DNA of 64,000 bases, from positions 3,954,105 to 4,018,104 of the forward strand of contig OY970161.1 in NCBI GenBank assembly GCA_963706545.1. The letters are read 5' to 3'. Positions 20,181 to 30,603 of this stretch are shown here, one piece after another. Every line of letters begins with the position of its first letter. Position 1 is the first letter of the stretch. Position numbers and translations under genes: made by a program. The DNA is from an uncultured Solirubrobacterales bacterium (GTDB lineage: Bacteria > Actinomycetota > Thermoleophilia > Solirubrobacterales > Solirubrobacteraceae). Under the pieces are notes generated by a model that was not told where the DNA came from, made no database searches, and saw only the letters and a list, made by a program, of their open reading frames with translations.

Positions 20181-20243
20181 GAGGTCCACGCCAGAATAAC
20201 CGACGGCCCGGTAGCGCGAACCCCACCGGCCCCTCGCGAACCC

Positions 20244-21299
20244 CTACGGGCCCTTCCGGTAGAGCGGCTTCTCCCGCACGGTCGCGGGGCGAATCCTGCC
20301 CCGAACATCGACCTCCAGACGGGTGCCCACCGCGGCGCGCGCGGCGGGGACGTAGGCGAGGCCGATGCCGACCCCGAGGCAGGGGGAGAGCGTGCCGCTG
20401 GTAACGACCCCGCCGCCCATCACAGGGTTGCCCTGCCGGGCGATCCCGGGGCCGTCGATCGCGAACGCGACGAGCTGCTCCGTCGGGCCTGCGGTGCGCA
20501 CCGCGCGCACTGCCTCGGCGCCGAGGAAGCCGGTGTCCTCCTTGCAGCACCACCCGAGCCCGGCCTCGATTGGGCCCCGCTCCACCGAGAGGTCGTTGCC
20601 GTACAGGTGAAAGCACGCCTCCAGACGCAGCGTGTCGCGCGCCGCGAGGCCCGCCGGCACGGCGCCGCGGCGCACGAGCTCGTCCCACAGCCGCGGCGCG
20701 TCGGCGGGCGCCAGCAGCAACTCCACGCCGTCCTCCCCGGTGTAGCCGGTGCCACAGACAAGCACCTCGGCGCCCCCCATGCGGCGCTCGCCGGCGGTCA
20801 TGCGCGGGGGCAGCGGGGAGTCGGAGAGCGCCTGCACGATCTCACGCGCGAGGGGGCCCTGTACGGCGAGCATCGCGTAGTCATCGAGGCGGTCGTGCAC
20901 CTGCGCGTCGCAGCCACCGGCGTGCGCGCGAAACCACTCCAGGTCGCGCGCGTGGTTGGCGGCGTTGGTGACCGTCAGGAAGCGCTCGTCCTGGAGGCGG
21001 TAGGTGAAGAGGTCATCCAGCACCCCCCCGTCCTCGCGGCAGAGCACGCTGTACTGCGCGCCTCCCACCGGGATCGCGGCGACATTGTTTGAGAGCAGCC
21101 GCTGCAGCAGCGCCTCGGCGTCGGGGCCGACGGTTTCGAGCTCGCCCATGTGCGAGACGTCGAAGATCCCGCAGCCACGGCGCACCGCCAGGTGCTCCTC
21201 GCGAACGCCGGCGTACTGCACCGGCATCTCCCAGCCGGCGAACTCGACGAGCTTCGCACCGGCGGCGAGGTGTCGGTCGTACAGGGCGGTGCGGCGCAT
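20244..21299 (-). CDS. gcvT: Glycine cleavage system aminomethyltransferase T
   Basis: FAGWEMPVQY, FDVSHMG, TGYTGEDGVE, GLAARDTLRLEA. Confidence 0.97.
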   Translation of the reverse strand: MRRTALYDRHLAAGAKLVEFAGWEMPVQYAGVREEHLAVRRGCGIFDVSHMGELETVGPDAEALLQRLLSNNVAAIPVGGAQYSVLCREDGGVLDDLFTYRLQDERFLTVTNAANHARDLEWFRAHAGGCDAQVHDRLDDYAMLAVQGPLAREIVQALSDSPLPPRMTAGERRMGGAEVLVCGTGYTGEDGVELLLAPADAPRLWDELVRRGAVPAGLAARDTLRLEACFHLYGNDLSVERGPIEAGLGWCCKEDTGFLGAEAVRAVRTAGPTEQLVAFAIDGPGIARQGNPVMGGGVVTSGTLSPCLGVGIGLAYVPAARAAVGTRLEVDVRGRIRPATVREKPLYRKGP

Positions 21300-21326
21300 C
21301 CGCCGCAGGCTAGCGGAGGTTGACTG

Positions 21327-21377
21327 AAAAAAGAGGGACCCGGCTCACCGGCCTTTGGCCGGTTGCGCCACCCTCTT
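21327..21377 (-). terminator. Intrinsic terminator after ftsZ
   Basis: On the minus strand: outer aagaggg/ccctctt stem, inner accggcc-aaa-ggccggt hairpin, then a T-run. Confidence 0.7.
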
Positions 21378-22455
21378 AGCGCAGGAACGGCGGGACGTCG
21401 ATGTCGTCGTCGGAGATCTCCAGCGACGAGCGCTCGCGCTCGCCGATGCGGGGCCCGCGGTCCACCGCACGGCCAGTGCGCTCGCGGCGCCCGCCGCGGT
21501 CCGGACGGTGGTCGAAGCCGGTGCCGATCACGGTGACGCGCACCTCGTCACCAAGGTTCTCGTCGATCACCGCGCCGAAGATGATGTTGGCGTCCTTGTC
21601 GGCCGCCTCCTGGATGATCTCGGCGGCCTCGTTGACCTCGAACAGCCCGAGCTCCCGGCCACCGGTGATGTTGAGCAGGATGCCGGTGGCGCCCTCCACG
21701 GACTCTTCCAGCAGCGGTGAGGAGATCGCGATCTTAGCGGCCTCCGCGCAGCGGTTCTCCCCGGCGGCCGAGCCGATGCCCATCAGCGCCGAGCCGGCGT
21801 CGTGCATGATCGTGCGCACGTCGGCGAAGTCGAGGTTGATCAGGCCGGGGATCGTTATGAGGTCGGTGATCCCCTGGATGCCCTGGCGCAGCACGTCGTC
21901 GGCCTCCTTGAAGGCGTCGAGCATCGACGTGCGCCGCTCGACGACGGCGAGCAGCTTCTCGTTGGGGATCACGATCAGCGTGTCCACGACCTCGCGCAGC
22001 CGCTCGATGCCCTCGGTCGCCGAGCGCGCGCGCTGGGTGCCCTCGAACTCGAACGGGCGGGTGACCACACCGACGGTCAGCGCGCCGATCTCATTCTTGG
22101 CGATCTCCGCGATCACGGGCGCCGCGCCGGTCCCCGTACCGCCCCCCTCGCCCGCGGTGACGAACACCATGTCCGCGCCCTTCAGCGCCTCCTTGATGTC
22201 GTCGCGCGACTCCGCCGCCGCGGCGAACCCGACCTCGGGGTTGGCGCCTGCGCCGAGGCCGTGCGTAGAGACGTGGCCGATGTTGAGCTTGATGTCGGCG
22301 TCGCACCCTGCGAGCGCCTGCGCGTCGGTGTTGGCGGCGATGAACTCCACGCCGCGCAGCCCCGAGTCGACCATGCGGCTGACGGCGTTGGTGCCGCCGC
22401 CGCCGACGCCCACGACCTTGATCACTGCCAGGTAACTGCCTACGCCGCTCTCCAT
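21376..22455 (-). CDS. ftsZ: Cell division protein FtsZ
   Basis: [17 protein letters not shown] tubulin signature, INLDFADV, C-terminal DVPPFLR. Confidence 0.99.
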   Translation of the reverse strand: MESGVGSYLAVIKVVGVGGGGTNAVSRMVDSGLRGVEFIAANTDAQALAGCDADIKLNIGHVSTHGLGAGANPEVGFAAAAESRDDIKEALKGADMVFVTAGEGGGTGTGAAPVIAEIAKNEIGALTVGVVTRPFEFEGTQRARSATEGIERLREVVDTLIVIPNEKLLAVVERRTSMLDAFKEADDVLRQGIQGITDLITIPGLINLDFADVRTIMHDAGSALMGIGSAAGENRCAEAAKIAISSPLLEESVEGATGILLNITGGRELGLFEVNEAAEIIQEAADKDANIIFGAVIDENLGDEVRVTVIGTGFDHRPDRGGRRERTGRAVDRGPRIGERERSSLEISDDDIDVPPFLR

Positions 22456-22647
22456 GGTCTTGTGTGCGCTTTCCGCCGAAGCCTAGAGTAATAGTTAAGG
22501 GTTCAGATCCGTTCCCGTACAGGAAACCAGATTTGCCCACGGTATGCAGGGAACTTCGCCCTGTCAACAGGTGCGACGACTTTTGCAGGATCTCTTGCAG
22601 AACCGCGGACTCTCGACCACTGCCCGAGGAATGGCTTTTCGCTGACC

Positions 22648-23715
22648 TCAGCCTGAGGTTGAGACTGAGGGTTCGAGGAGGGTTGTGCTCGGGACTTCCT
22701 GTGGGGTTGCCTGCGGGGTGGTTGGTGCAGCTTCCTGTGGGGTGGTCGGCGAGGCGGTCTGCGCCGCTTCCTGTGGAGTGGCCTGAGGCGTGCTTGCGGC
22801 AGCGCTCGAGGTGTTGACACCGGAGTCGCCGGTGACGGCTTCTTCGAGCGTGCGGGCGAGCGCAGCGGAGGTAGGGTCGGACGCGCTCACGCCCCCGGGC
22901 GCGGTACTCCCCTGCAGGCCGCCGGCTGCGGTGGTGCCCGCGGCGGGCCGTTCGGGGGCGCGCACATCGACGTAGGTCGCCCCCGCGGAGGACGGGTCGG
23001 CGAGCACGCGCGCGGCGGAGAGCCACTTGGCGTGCGGGCGCGTTGCGTCGCCGAAGTAGAGCAGTAGCCCGCCGCGCATCGCCACAGTGAGCCCTTCGCG
23101 GGCCTCGTAAACGCGCTCGACCCAGCCAAGCAGCATCGACGGCGCGGCCCCCAGCACGCTCAGCTCGGCGCGCACCGGCACGTCCTGGACGCGCCCGGAG
23201 CGCAGCGACGAGCCGCCGGCAGCAAGCGCGGGTAGCGCCGCGGTAAGCGTCGGCAGCGAGGACGAGAGCAGGCCCGGCCCGAGCACGACCCCGTCGGCGG
23301 CCACCGCGGTGCGCACACCCCCCACCGTCAGCGCCGCGACCGGCAACTGCTCGACCACGAGGATACGCAGCCCGTGGGGAAAGCTCGCGCGCACGCTCAA
23401 GCCCCGCACCACGCGGAAGGGCGCAACCGCGGCGCGCAGCGCGCCCACGTTCACGTCCAGCGTGCTCTGGCGCCGAGCGGCGGAGCTCAGCGCGGCGTCG
23501 ATGACCGCGGCGTCGGGCCCCTGCACGCCGGCTATCTGCACCCGCTGCACCGCCACCAGCGGCGAGTCGCGCAGCCACAGCCAGCCGCCGCCGAGCAGCG
23601 CCAGCGCGGCGAGCGCGATGCCGAGCCTCCTCGCGGTCGCGCCGCGCGGGAGCGCGAGGGTCAGCGGACGGGGCAGGCGACCGATCGGCAGTCGCGCGGC
23701 GAAAGAGCGATCCAC
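22648..23715 (-). CDS. ftsQ: Cell division protein FtsQ/DivIB with a low-complexity TTPQEA tail
   Basis: Single TM helix, POTRA-like region (FPHGLRILVVEQLPVA), YVDVRAPERP; position before ftsZ. Confidence 0.85.
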   Translation of the reverse strand: MDRSFAARLPIGRLPRPLTLALPRGATARRLGIALAALALLGGGWLWLRDSPLVAVQRVQIAGVQGPDAAVIDAALSSAARRQSTLDVNVGALRAAVAPFRVVRGLSVRASFPHGLRILVVEQLPVAALTVGGVRTAVAADGVVLGPGLLSSSLPTLTAALPALAAGGSSLRSGRVQDVPVRAELSVLGAAPSMLLGWVERVYEAREGLTVAMRGGLLLYFGDATRPHAKWLSAARVLADPSSAGATYVDVRAPERPAAGTTAAGGLQGSTAPGGVSASDPTSAALARTLEEAVTGDSGVNTSSAAASTPQATPQEAAQTASPTTPQEAAPTTPQATPQEVPSTTLLEPSVSTSG

Positions 23716-23855
23716 CCTGGAGTCTTCGACCTCGGTTGGCGAACCCCTACAGCGGTCTTGCCGTTCAGCCTTGGACGCGTTACGATGTTCATGCTAGTAC
23801 GACGATTGAGATCGCCGTCTTGGAGGGGCCCGGGCAACCGGGCCCCTTTGTGTAA

Positions 23856-24779
23856 TCAGCGCTTGGGACCCCACGGCCACCGCACCGGCCCGAGCGTTTG
23901 CACCTCGGGCTCCAGCGCCACGCCGAAGCGCTCCAGCACGCGGCGGCGGCCCTCGGCCATCAGCGCGACGATCTCGGCCGTGGTCGCCGTGCCGGTGTTC
24001 TCGATGAAGTTGGCGTGCTTGGGCGCGAAGCGCGCGCCGCCGACGGCCAGGCCGGAGCAGCCGGCGTCGGCGAGCAGCACGCCCGCGGTGCGCCCCTCCG
24101 CGCGGGCGTCGTCGGAGTTCCTGAAGGTCGAGCCGAACGTCTTGATGCCCTGCGGCTGGGCCTCGTGGCGGCGGGCGCGCAGCTGCGCGAGCGTCGACCG
24201 GACCTGCGCGGGCGGCGCGGAGTACAGCGCGAACGAGGCGCGCGCTACCACCTCGCCGGCGGCGAGGGAGGAGTGGCGATAGGCGAATCCCAGGTCGGCC
24301 GGCCCGCGGCGAATGGCGCCCCGCGCGGTGGCGAGGTCCACCCACTCCAGCGTCCGCGCGAGCTCACCGCCGTAGGCGTTGGCGTTCATCCGCACCGCGC
24401 CGCCGACGGTGCCGGGGATCGAGACGCCGAACTCGATCCCCGACAGGCCCGCCCGCGCGGCGAACGCGGCCACCGCTGGTAGGCGCGCGCCGCCGCCGCA
24501 GAGCAGCCCCCGCTCCCCTACCCGCTCGATCCGCCCGAGCGCCCCCTCGAGCTTCAGCACGAGGCCGGGCACGCCCTCGTCGGCGATGAGCAGGTTCGAG
24601 CCGGATCCGACCACCGCGACGGGCGCCTGCGCGGCGTGCGCCCACGCGAGCAGCTCCAGCAGCTGCGCCTCCTCGCCGACGCGCGCGAACAGCTCCGCCG
24701 GGCCGCCCGCGCGTACCGTGGCGAGGCGAGCGAGGGGAAAGTCCCGCTGCACGGACGATGGCGGCGGGGGGGTGGTCAT
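23856..24779 (-). CDS. murB: UDP-N-acetylmuramate dehydrogenase
   Basis: GSGSNLL, IPGTVGGAVRMNANAYG, FGSTFRN, KHANFIEN, LEPEV; ATG 24779 overlaps the murC stop. Confidence 0.95.
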   Translation of the reverse strand: MTTPPPPSSVQRDFPLARLATVRAGGPAELFARVGEEAQLLELLAWAHAAQAPVAVVGSGSNLLIADEGVPGLVLKLEGALGRIERVGERGLLCGGGARLPAVAAFAARAGLSGIEFGVSIPGTVGGAVRMNANAYGGELARTLEWVDLATARGAIRRGPADLGFAYRHSSLAAGEVVARASFALYSAPPAQVRSTLAQLRARRHEAQPQGIKTFGSTFRNSDDARAEGRTAGVLLADAGCSGLAVGGARFAPKHANFIENTGTATTAEIVALMAEGRRRVLERFGVALEPEVQTLGPVRWPWGPKR

Positions 24780-26107
24780 TCCCCTCCGACGAGGCGGCGC
24801 CCCAGCGCGTCGACGTCCCCGGCGCCCATCACAACGCACAGGTCTCCCTCGCCGAGCAGCCTTCGCAGCACCGGCTCGGCGTCGGCGAACGTGGGCAGCC
24901 AATGGACCAAGCGGCCCCCCGCGGCATCAGCGGCCGCCTGCGCAATCATCAGCCCGCTCACGCCGGGGTGGTCCTCGGCGCGCTCGCGCGCGGGGTACAC
25001 GTCGAGCACGACCACCACGTCGGCCAGCGCCAGGGCACGCCCGAACTCCCGAGCAAGCAGCGCGGTGCGCGAGTAGAGGTGGGGCTGGAAGACCGCCACG
25101 AGCCGCCGGGGCTCCAGCGTGCGCGCCGCGCTCAGGGTCGCGGCGACCTCCGTGGGGTGATGTGCGTAGTCGTCATAAACAACGACCCCGCGGGGAGTGG
25201 CGCCGAGCTGCTGAAAGCGACGGCCCGCGCCGGTGAAGCCCTCGACGCCCTCGATCGCCCGCCCGGGGTCGGCGCCGGCGAGCAGCGCCGCCTCCAGCGC
25301 CCCGGCGGCGTTGAGCGCATTGTGAGCACCGGGCACCGCGAGGCGGACCTCGTGGTCGCGCCACACGAAGCGCGAGCCTCCGGCCGTGAGCATCGGCGCG
25401 GGCACGTCGTAGGCGACGACCTCGCCCGTGCGCAGCTCCAGCAACTCGGGGCGGTTCCACACCACCGCGGCCCGCGGTTTCTTCAGGAACGCACGGAAGG
25501 CGCCGCGCAGCTCCGCCAGCGAGGCGAAGCTCGCGTGGTGGTCGAGCTCCACGTTGGTGAGCACCGCGAGCTCCACCGCAAGCGAGAGCATCGAGCGGTC
25601 GGACTCGTCGGCCTCGACCACCAGCCACTCGCCCGCGCCCCACCGCGCGTTGGGCAGACCGCCGCCGACGGGCGCCCCCACCAGCCAGCCGGGCTCCAGG
25701 CGAGCGGCGCGCAGGGCGTGTACGAGCAGCGACGCGGTGGTCGTCTTGCCGTGGGTGCCGGCCACCGCTATCGTGCGCCGCAGCGCGGTCAGCTCGCCGA
25801 GCAGCTCCGCGCGGGGCCGCTCGTGCAGCCCCCGCTCGCGCGCGGCAGCCCGCTCGGGGTTCTCGGGGGGCACGGCGGAGGAGTAGACGACCTCCACGTC
25901 CTCCCCGGGGGGCACCGCGGCGCCATCGTGGCCGAGGCTCGCCGCCAGCACCCCGTCCGCGCGCAGGCGCTCCAGGTAGGGCGACTCTGCCCGGTCCGAT
26001 CCGCTGACCTGCGCCCCCAGGGCGTGCGCGGCGCGCGCGTAGCCGCTCATCCCCGCGCCGCCCACGCCGACGAAGTGCAGCCGCCGCCCGCTCCACGGCC
26101 CGCTCAT
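24776..26107 (-). CDS. murC: UDP-N-acetylmuramate--L-alanine ligase
   Basis: HFVGVGGAGMSG, AGTHGKTTT, EADESD, DDYAHHPTEV, FQPHLYSRT. Confidence 0.97.
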   Translation of the reverse strand: MSGPWSGRRLHFVGVGGAGMSGYARAAHALGAQVSGSDRAESPYLERLRADGVLAASLGHDGAAVPPGEDVEVVYSSAVPPENPERAAARERGLHERPRAELLGELTALRRTIAVAGTHGKTTTASLLVHALRAARLEPGWLVGAPVGGGLPNARWGAGEWLVVEADESDRSMLSLAVELAVLTNVELDHHASFASLAELRGAFRAFLKKPRAAVVWNRPELLELRTGEVVAYDVPAPMLTAGGSRFVWRDHEVRLAVPGAHNALNAAGALEAALLAGADPGRAIEGVEGFTGAGRRFQQLGATPRGVVVYDDYAHHPTEVAATLSAARTLEPRRLVAVFQPHLYSRTALLAREFGRALALADVVVVLDVYPARERAEDHPGVSGLMIAQAAADAAGGRLVHWLPTFADAEPVLRRLLGEGDLCVVMGAGDVDALGRRLVGGE

Positions 26108-27201
26108 CGCTGGGCAGCCTCAAGCAGCTCTTCAGCCACCGCCTCGGCGGCGTCGGGGCGCGCCAGGCGCCAGGCGGCGGCCGCCATCGCCCGCATCCGC
26201 TGGGGGTCGGCGAGCAGCGCTGCCACCTCGCGGGCCAGCCGCGCAGTGCTCAGCTCACTGTCGGGGATCACAACCGCGGCGCCTCCCTGCACCATCCACC
26301 GGGCGTTCGCCGCCTGGTGGTCGGCGGCGGCGTGCGGGTAGGGCACGAGGATCGCGGGCCGGCCGTGGGCGACGACCTCGAACAGCGAGCCCCCCGCGCG
26401 GGCGACCACGAGGTCGGCAGCAGCGAGCGCGTCGGCGAAGGCGGCGAGGTCGAGGTACTCGCGCAGGTCGTACCCCGCCGGCAGCAGCCGCGCGGCCAAC
26501 TCGGGGTGGTCGCGGCGACCGCAGACGTGCAGCACATGAAAGGCCGCCCCGGCGAACGCCTCGACCGCGGCGAGGTTGATCGAGCGCGCCCCCAGCGAGC
26601 CCCCGAAGACCAGCACGCAGGTCTCCCCCGGCTCGATCCCCAGCCGCTCACGCGCGCCGGCGCGGTCCTCCTGGGGCGGGGGGATTGGGCGGCCCGTGAC
26701 CCTGTAGCGACGCCCCGTACGGCCTGTGAGCGGAAATGCCAGGCAGACCCTCCGCGCGAACGGAGCGAGCGCGCGGTTGGCCAGGCCGAGGTGGCTGTCA
26801 GCCTCGGTCAGCACCAGCGGCACGCGGCGTGTGAGCGCGGCGAGGCCCACCGGCCCGGAGACGTAGCCGCCGCCGCCCATCACCGCGTCCGGCTCGAGCT
26901 CCCCCAGCAGCGCGCGGGCGCGCAGGAACGCCCGGACCGCGAGCGCCACCGCGCGCGCCGCCCGCAGCGGGTTGCGGCGGTCCAGGCCGACGACCGAGAT
27001 CGTGCCCAGCGGGTACCCCGCGGCCGGCACCAGCTGCGCCTCCGCGCGCTCGCCGCCGATGAACGTCACCTCTGCGCCCCGCGCGCGCAGGGCGTCAGCC
27101 ACCGCGAGCGCCGGCACGACGTGTCCGGCGGTCCCCCCGGCTGCGATCACGACTCTGGGCGGCCTTGCGCTCACCGACCAATCCTGCCTGTTTGCGCTCA
27201 C
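26104..27201 (-). CDS. murG: MurG glycosyltransferase (start 27201 or 27171)
   Basis: AGGTAGHV, GGGGYVSGP, VFGGSLGA, DHQAANA. Confidence 0.97.
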   Translation of the reverse strand: MSANRQDWSVSARPPRVVIAAGGTAGHVVPALAVADALRARGAEVTFIGGERAEAQLVPAAGYPLGTISVVGLDRRNPLRAARAVALAVRAFLRARALLGELEPDAVMGGGGYVSGPVGLAALTRRVPLVLTEADSHLGLANRALAPFARRVCLAFPLTGRTGRRYRVTGRPIPPPQEDRAGARERLGIEPGETCVLVFGGSLGARSINLAAVEAFAGAAFHVLHVCGRRDHPELAARLLPAGYDLREYLDLAAFADALAAADLVVARAGGSLFEVVAHGRPAILVPYPHAAADHQAANARWMVQGGAAVVIPDSELSTARLAREVAALLADPQRMRAMAAAAWRLARPDAAEAVAEELLEAAQR

Positions 27202-28375
27202 GCGCGTCGCCCACCACGCGTATGTGGGCGCTGGTGCCGGAGGCGACGTTCAGCAGCAGGCCCATCGCGGCGAGCATCACGACGAGGCTGGTGGACCCGT
27301 AGGAGATGAACGGCAGCGGCACACCCGTGAGCGGCGCGAGGCCGAGCACCGCGAACACGTTGAGCAGCGCCTGGGAGAGGATCAGCGTGGTCATGCCGAC
27401 CGCGATCAGCGCGCTGTAGAGGCTGCGCGCTCGCTTCGCCGCGCGCAGACCCGCGTAGCCGATCAGCGCGTAGAGGAAGAACAGCGCGTACACCCCCACC
27501 ACCCCGAGCTCTTCGGCGATCACCGCGAGGATGAAGTCGGTCTGTGCCTCCGGGAGGTAGAAGATCTTCTGCACCGATTGGCCCGGCCCCACCCCGAGGA
27601 GGCCACCCGAGCCGATCGCGATCTGGCCCTGGACGGCCTGGAAGCCGCTGCCGGAGGCGTGCGCCCAGGGGTCCAGGAACGAGGTCAGCCGCGCGCGGGC
27701 GTAAGGCTGCGCGAGCGCGTACAGCGCGACCACCGCCAGCGCGCAGCCGGCGAGGATCGCGAGGTTGCGCAGCGGAATCCCGGCGGCGAGCAGCAGCGCG
27801 GAGGTCGTGAACGCGATCACCAGGGCGCTGCCGAGGTCCGGCTCGCTCACCACCAGCAGGCAGGCGCCGCCGACCACGACCAGCAGTGGCCGCGAGAGCT
27901 CGCGCAGGTCGTGCACGCGCTGCGGGCGGCGCGCGAGCAGCGTGGCGGCGTAGAGCGTCAGCGCAAGCTTCAGCAGCTCGGAGGGCTCGAACTGGAAGAT
28001 GCCCGGGCCGATCCACCGGCGCGCCCCGTTGACGGAGACCCCCACGTGCGGGATGTGGACCGCCAGCACGAGCACGAACGAGACCGCCAGCAGCGGCGCG
28101 ACGACGCCCTGCACCTTCGCGACCCCGTTGCGCGCCAGGTAGTGCATCAGCGCCAGCCCCACCCCCCCGAAGATCACGAACTTCACGAGGTAGGCGCTGC
28201 CGTTGCCTTCGCCCTGCAGCACCGTGCTCGCCGAGGAGGCGCTGTAGACCATCACCGCCCCGAACGCCAGCAGGCAGAGCGTCGCGGTCAGCAGGATGCG
28301 GTGCTCGAGCGGCTGGGGGCGGGCACCGCTCCATCCCTGGGCTTTGGCTTTGGCGCCGCGCGCGGCCGGAGGCAT
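27095..28375 (-). CDS. ftsW: SEDS peptidoglycan polymerase FtsW
   Basis: NGARRWI, FEPSELLK, EPDLGS, YLPEAQTDFI, GVPLPFISYGS. Confidence 0.95.
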   Translation of the reverse strand: MPPAARGAKAKAQGWSGARPQPLEHRILLTATLCLLAFGAVMVYSASSASTVLQGEGNGSAYLVKFVIFGGVGLALMHYLARNGVAKVQGVVAPLLAVSFVLVLAVHIPHVGVSVNGARRWIGPGIFQFEPSELLKLALTLYAATLLARRPQRVHDLRELSRPLLVVVGGACLLVVSEPDLGSALVIAFTTSALLLAAGIPLRNLAILAGCALAVVALYALAQPYARARLTSFLDPWAHASGSGFQAVQGQIAIGSGGLLGVGPGQSVQKIFYLPEAQTDFILAVIAEELGVVGVYALFFLYALIGYAGLRAAKRARSLYSALIAVGMTTLILSQALLNVFAVLGLAPLTGVPLPFISYGSTSLVVMLAAMGLLLNVASGTSAHIRVVGDARERKQAGLVGERKAAQSRDRSRGDRRTRRAGARGG

Positions 28376-28420
28376 CCCCAGCCACTTCGACGCCAGCCCG
28401 CGAAAGCCTCCCGCGGCGGC

Positions 28421-29488
28421 CTACCGCTTGTGCTTCTTGGCCTTTGTCTGACGCTTCGCGGCTTTGCCGTGGTGCTTACCCTTGAGGTGCTTGCCGTGCT
28501 CGGATTTCGGCTTACCCGTGCCCGTCTTCGCCGACTCACCGAGCGGACTCGAGACCTGGAGCACCGGCGAGGAAGATGTTCCAGCCCCGGCGGGCTGATC
28601 GCTGCTGCCCGACGCCGGGGGCTGGCCGCCGCTGGATTCAGGCGAGACTTTCGAGCTCAGCGGTTCGAACAGGCCTTCCGGCGGTTCGAACACTCCACCG
28701 TTCACGCTTGCGTGTTCGCCCCCTTCGTGGGTTGCGGTCACTCCCCAGCCATACTCTTCCCCGTCCCTCAAGGTCACGCCGGCGCTGTTGAGGTCGAGGC
28801 TGACGCTCTGGCCGACGAAGGAGCCGAGGAGCCTTCCGGACGGCAGCGGGATCGCCCTCATGTATTCGCACCTTTCGTGCGCGCAGGAGGACCACATATA
28901 GAACTGATAAGTCGTCGCCAGCCCCTCGGTGTCGATCTTCCCTTCAAGCGTCGCGTCGGTCCGGGTCAGGTGCGAGAGCGACACCGATTCGATCACGGGT
29001 GCGGTGGCCGCCGAAGGCGTCGTGAATGTCTGATCGGGGCCTTCGACTATCTGACCGCCGTTGGAAGCGATGATCCGGTAGTGGTACGTCGTAGCGGGAT
29101 CAAGGGTCGCCCCGATACTTGCCAGATCGACGCTGACGGACTGATCGCCGAACCCCGCCGGGATGTACTCGGGTTTGGGCTCGACCAACCCGGGCGGCAA
29201 CGGCGGTCCATCGGTGATCGATTCGCACTGCATGAATCCCGGCAGTGGGAGGGGACAGTCGGGTTTCGTGTAGTTGTAGCTGGCGTTCGTATCGATCTGG
29301 AACTCGTAGGCCGTGTAAAGGCCATTTGGATCAATCTGCGCTTCGAGTGTGGCGCCGGTCGGAGTCACCTGCGAGACGGACTCGTCTTCGATCGCCGGCG
29401 CGGAACCGGCGAGCGCCGCGGCGGGCAGAACGGCAAAGGCCAGGCAGGTGCCTACCGTCGCAATCAGCCAACGCAGCGGACATCGCAT
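28421..29488 (-). CDS. Secreted protein with two FnIII-like beta-sandwich repeats and a Lys/His-rich tail, at the murD position
   Basis: Signal peptide MRCPLRWLIATVGTCLAFAVLPAAALA, repeats (V..VT.TGATLEAQIDPNG / LTRTDATLEGKIDTEG), SD gaagggag. Confidence 0.75.
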   Translation of the reverse strand: MRCPLRWLIATVGTCLAFAVLPAAALAGSAPAIEDESVSQVTPTGATLEAQIDPNGLYTAYEFQIDTNASYNYTKPDCPLPLPGFMQCESITDGPPLPPGLVEPKPEYIPAGFGDQSVSVDLASIGATLDPATTYHYRIIASNGGQIVEGPDQTFTTPSAATAPVIESVSLSHLTRTDATLEGKIDTEGLATTYQFYMWSSCAHERCEYMRAIPLPSGRLLGSFVGQSVSLDLNSAGVTLRDGEEYGWGVTATHEGGEHASVNGGVFEPPEGLFEPLSSKVSPESSGGQPPASGSSDQPAGAGTSSSPVLQVSSPLGESAKTGTGKPKSEHGKHLKGKHHGKAAKRQTKAKKHKR

Positions 29489-29621
29489 CAACCCAGACTC
29501 CCTTCGGTGCACCCAGACGTACGCATCGTCAACCCAACCCAGGGGCATCGTACACGACCGTCGGGACGAGCGCAACGGACCGCGACCTCGCGCCGCGGCG
29601 GGCGGCTCAGGCGACGGCGCT

Positions 29622-30602
29622 TCAGGCGATGCTCTGGCGGTAGATCGTGAAGCCGATCGCGCAGCAGATCGCGGCGATGATCCAGAAGCGCAGGATGATC
29701 TTGGTCTCCGACCAGCCGCGCAGCTCGAAGTGGTGGTGGATCGGGGCCATCAGGAAGACACGCTTATGGCGCAGCTGGAAGTAGAGCACCTGGATCGCGA
29801 CCGACAGCGCCTCGATCACGAAGATCCCGCCGAGCAGGATCAGCAGCACCTCCGTCTGGGTCATCACCGCGAGGCCCGCGATCGCGCCCCCCAACCCCAG
29901 CGCGCCGGTGTCGCCCATGAAGATCGTCGCCGGGAACGCGTTGAACCACAGAAAGCCGATGCACCCCCCCACCAGGCACCCCGCGAGCATCGAAAGGTCC
30001 GACTGGGTGGAGACGTACTCCGAGGTGATGAACGTGATGCCGACGTACGCGAGCAGCACGATCGCCGCGCAGCCCGCCGCGAGGCCGTCGAGGCCGTCGG
30101 TGAGGTTGACCGCGCTGGTTGTGCCCGCCACCACCAGGTAGATCAGCAGCGGGTAGAACGGCCCCAGGTCCACGTGGTAGTCCACGATCCGCAGCCGCAG
30201 CGTCTCCTGCAGGTGGGCCTCGTGGGTCGCCACGAACCACAGCCCCAGCGAGATCGCGATCGTCACCCCCAGCTTCGTGCGCGCCCGCAGACCGAGCGAG
30301 CGGCGCCGCACGAGCTTGGTGTAGTCGTCGGCGAAGCCCAGCAGCGCGCACGCCAGCATCGTGCCGAACACCCCCAGCGCCCGCCATTCGCCGCCCGTCA
30401 GGATCAGGAACGGGATCGCAACCGCGATGAAGACGATCACACCGCCCATCGTCGGGGTGCCAGCCTTCTGGCGGTGGCCCTCTGGGCCCTCCTCGCGGAT
30501 CTGCTGCCCGAACTCACGCTTGCGCAGGAACTCGATGAACTTCGGGCTCAGGAAGATGCAGATCAAGAGCGCCGCGGTGCCCCCGATCAGAACGCGGCCC
30601 AC
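29622..30602 (-). CDS. mraY: Phospho-N-acetylmuramoyl-pentapeptide transferase
   Basis: KAGTPTMGG, FADDY, NLTDGLDGL, FMGDTG, MAPIHHHFE. Confidence 0.98.
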   Translation of the reverse strand: MGRVLIGGTAALLICIFLSPKFIEFLRKREFGQQIREEGPEGHRQKAGTPTMGGVIVFIAVAIPFLILTGGEWRALGVFGTMLACALLGFADDYTKLVRRRSLGLRARTKLGVTIAISLGLWFVATHEAHLQETLRLRIVDYHVDLGPFYPLLIYLVVAGTTSAVNLTDGLDGLAAGCAAIVLLAYVGITFITSEYVSTQSDLSMLAGCLVGGCIGFLWFNAFPATIFMGDTGALGLGGAIAGLAVMTQTEVLLILLGGIFVIEALSVAIQVLYFQLRHKRVFLMAPIHHHFELRGWSETKIILRFWIIAAICCAIGFTIYRQSIA

Positions 30603-30603
30603 C

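Noticed and set aside
18662-21330. Glycine riboswitch upstream of the gcv genes
   Set aside because: No recognisable aptamer motifs before gcvT, gcvH or gcvPA. gcvT appears leaderless.
28376-28420. Remnant of the murD 3' end
   Set aside because: Only a weak REAF/GGFR resemblance in 45 bp, indistinguishable from chance.
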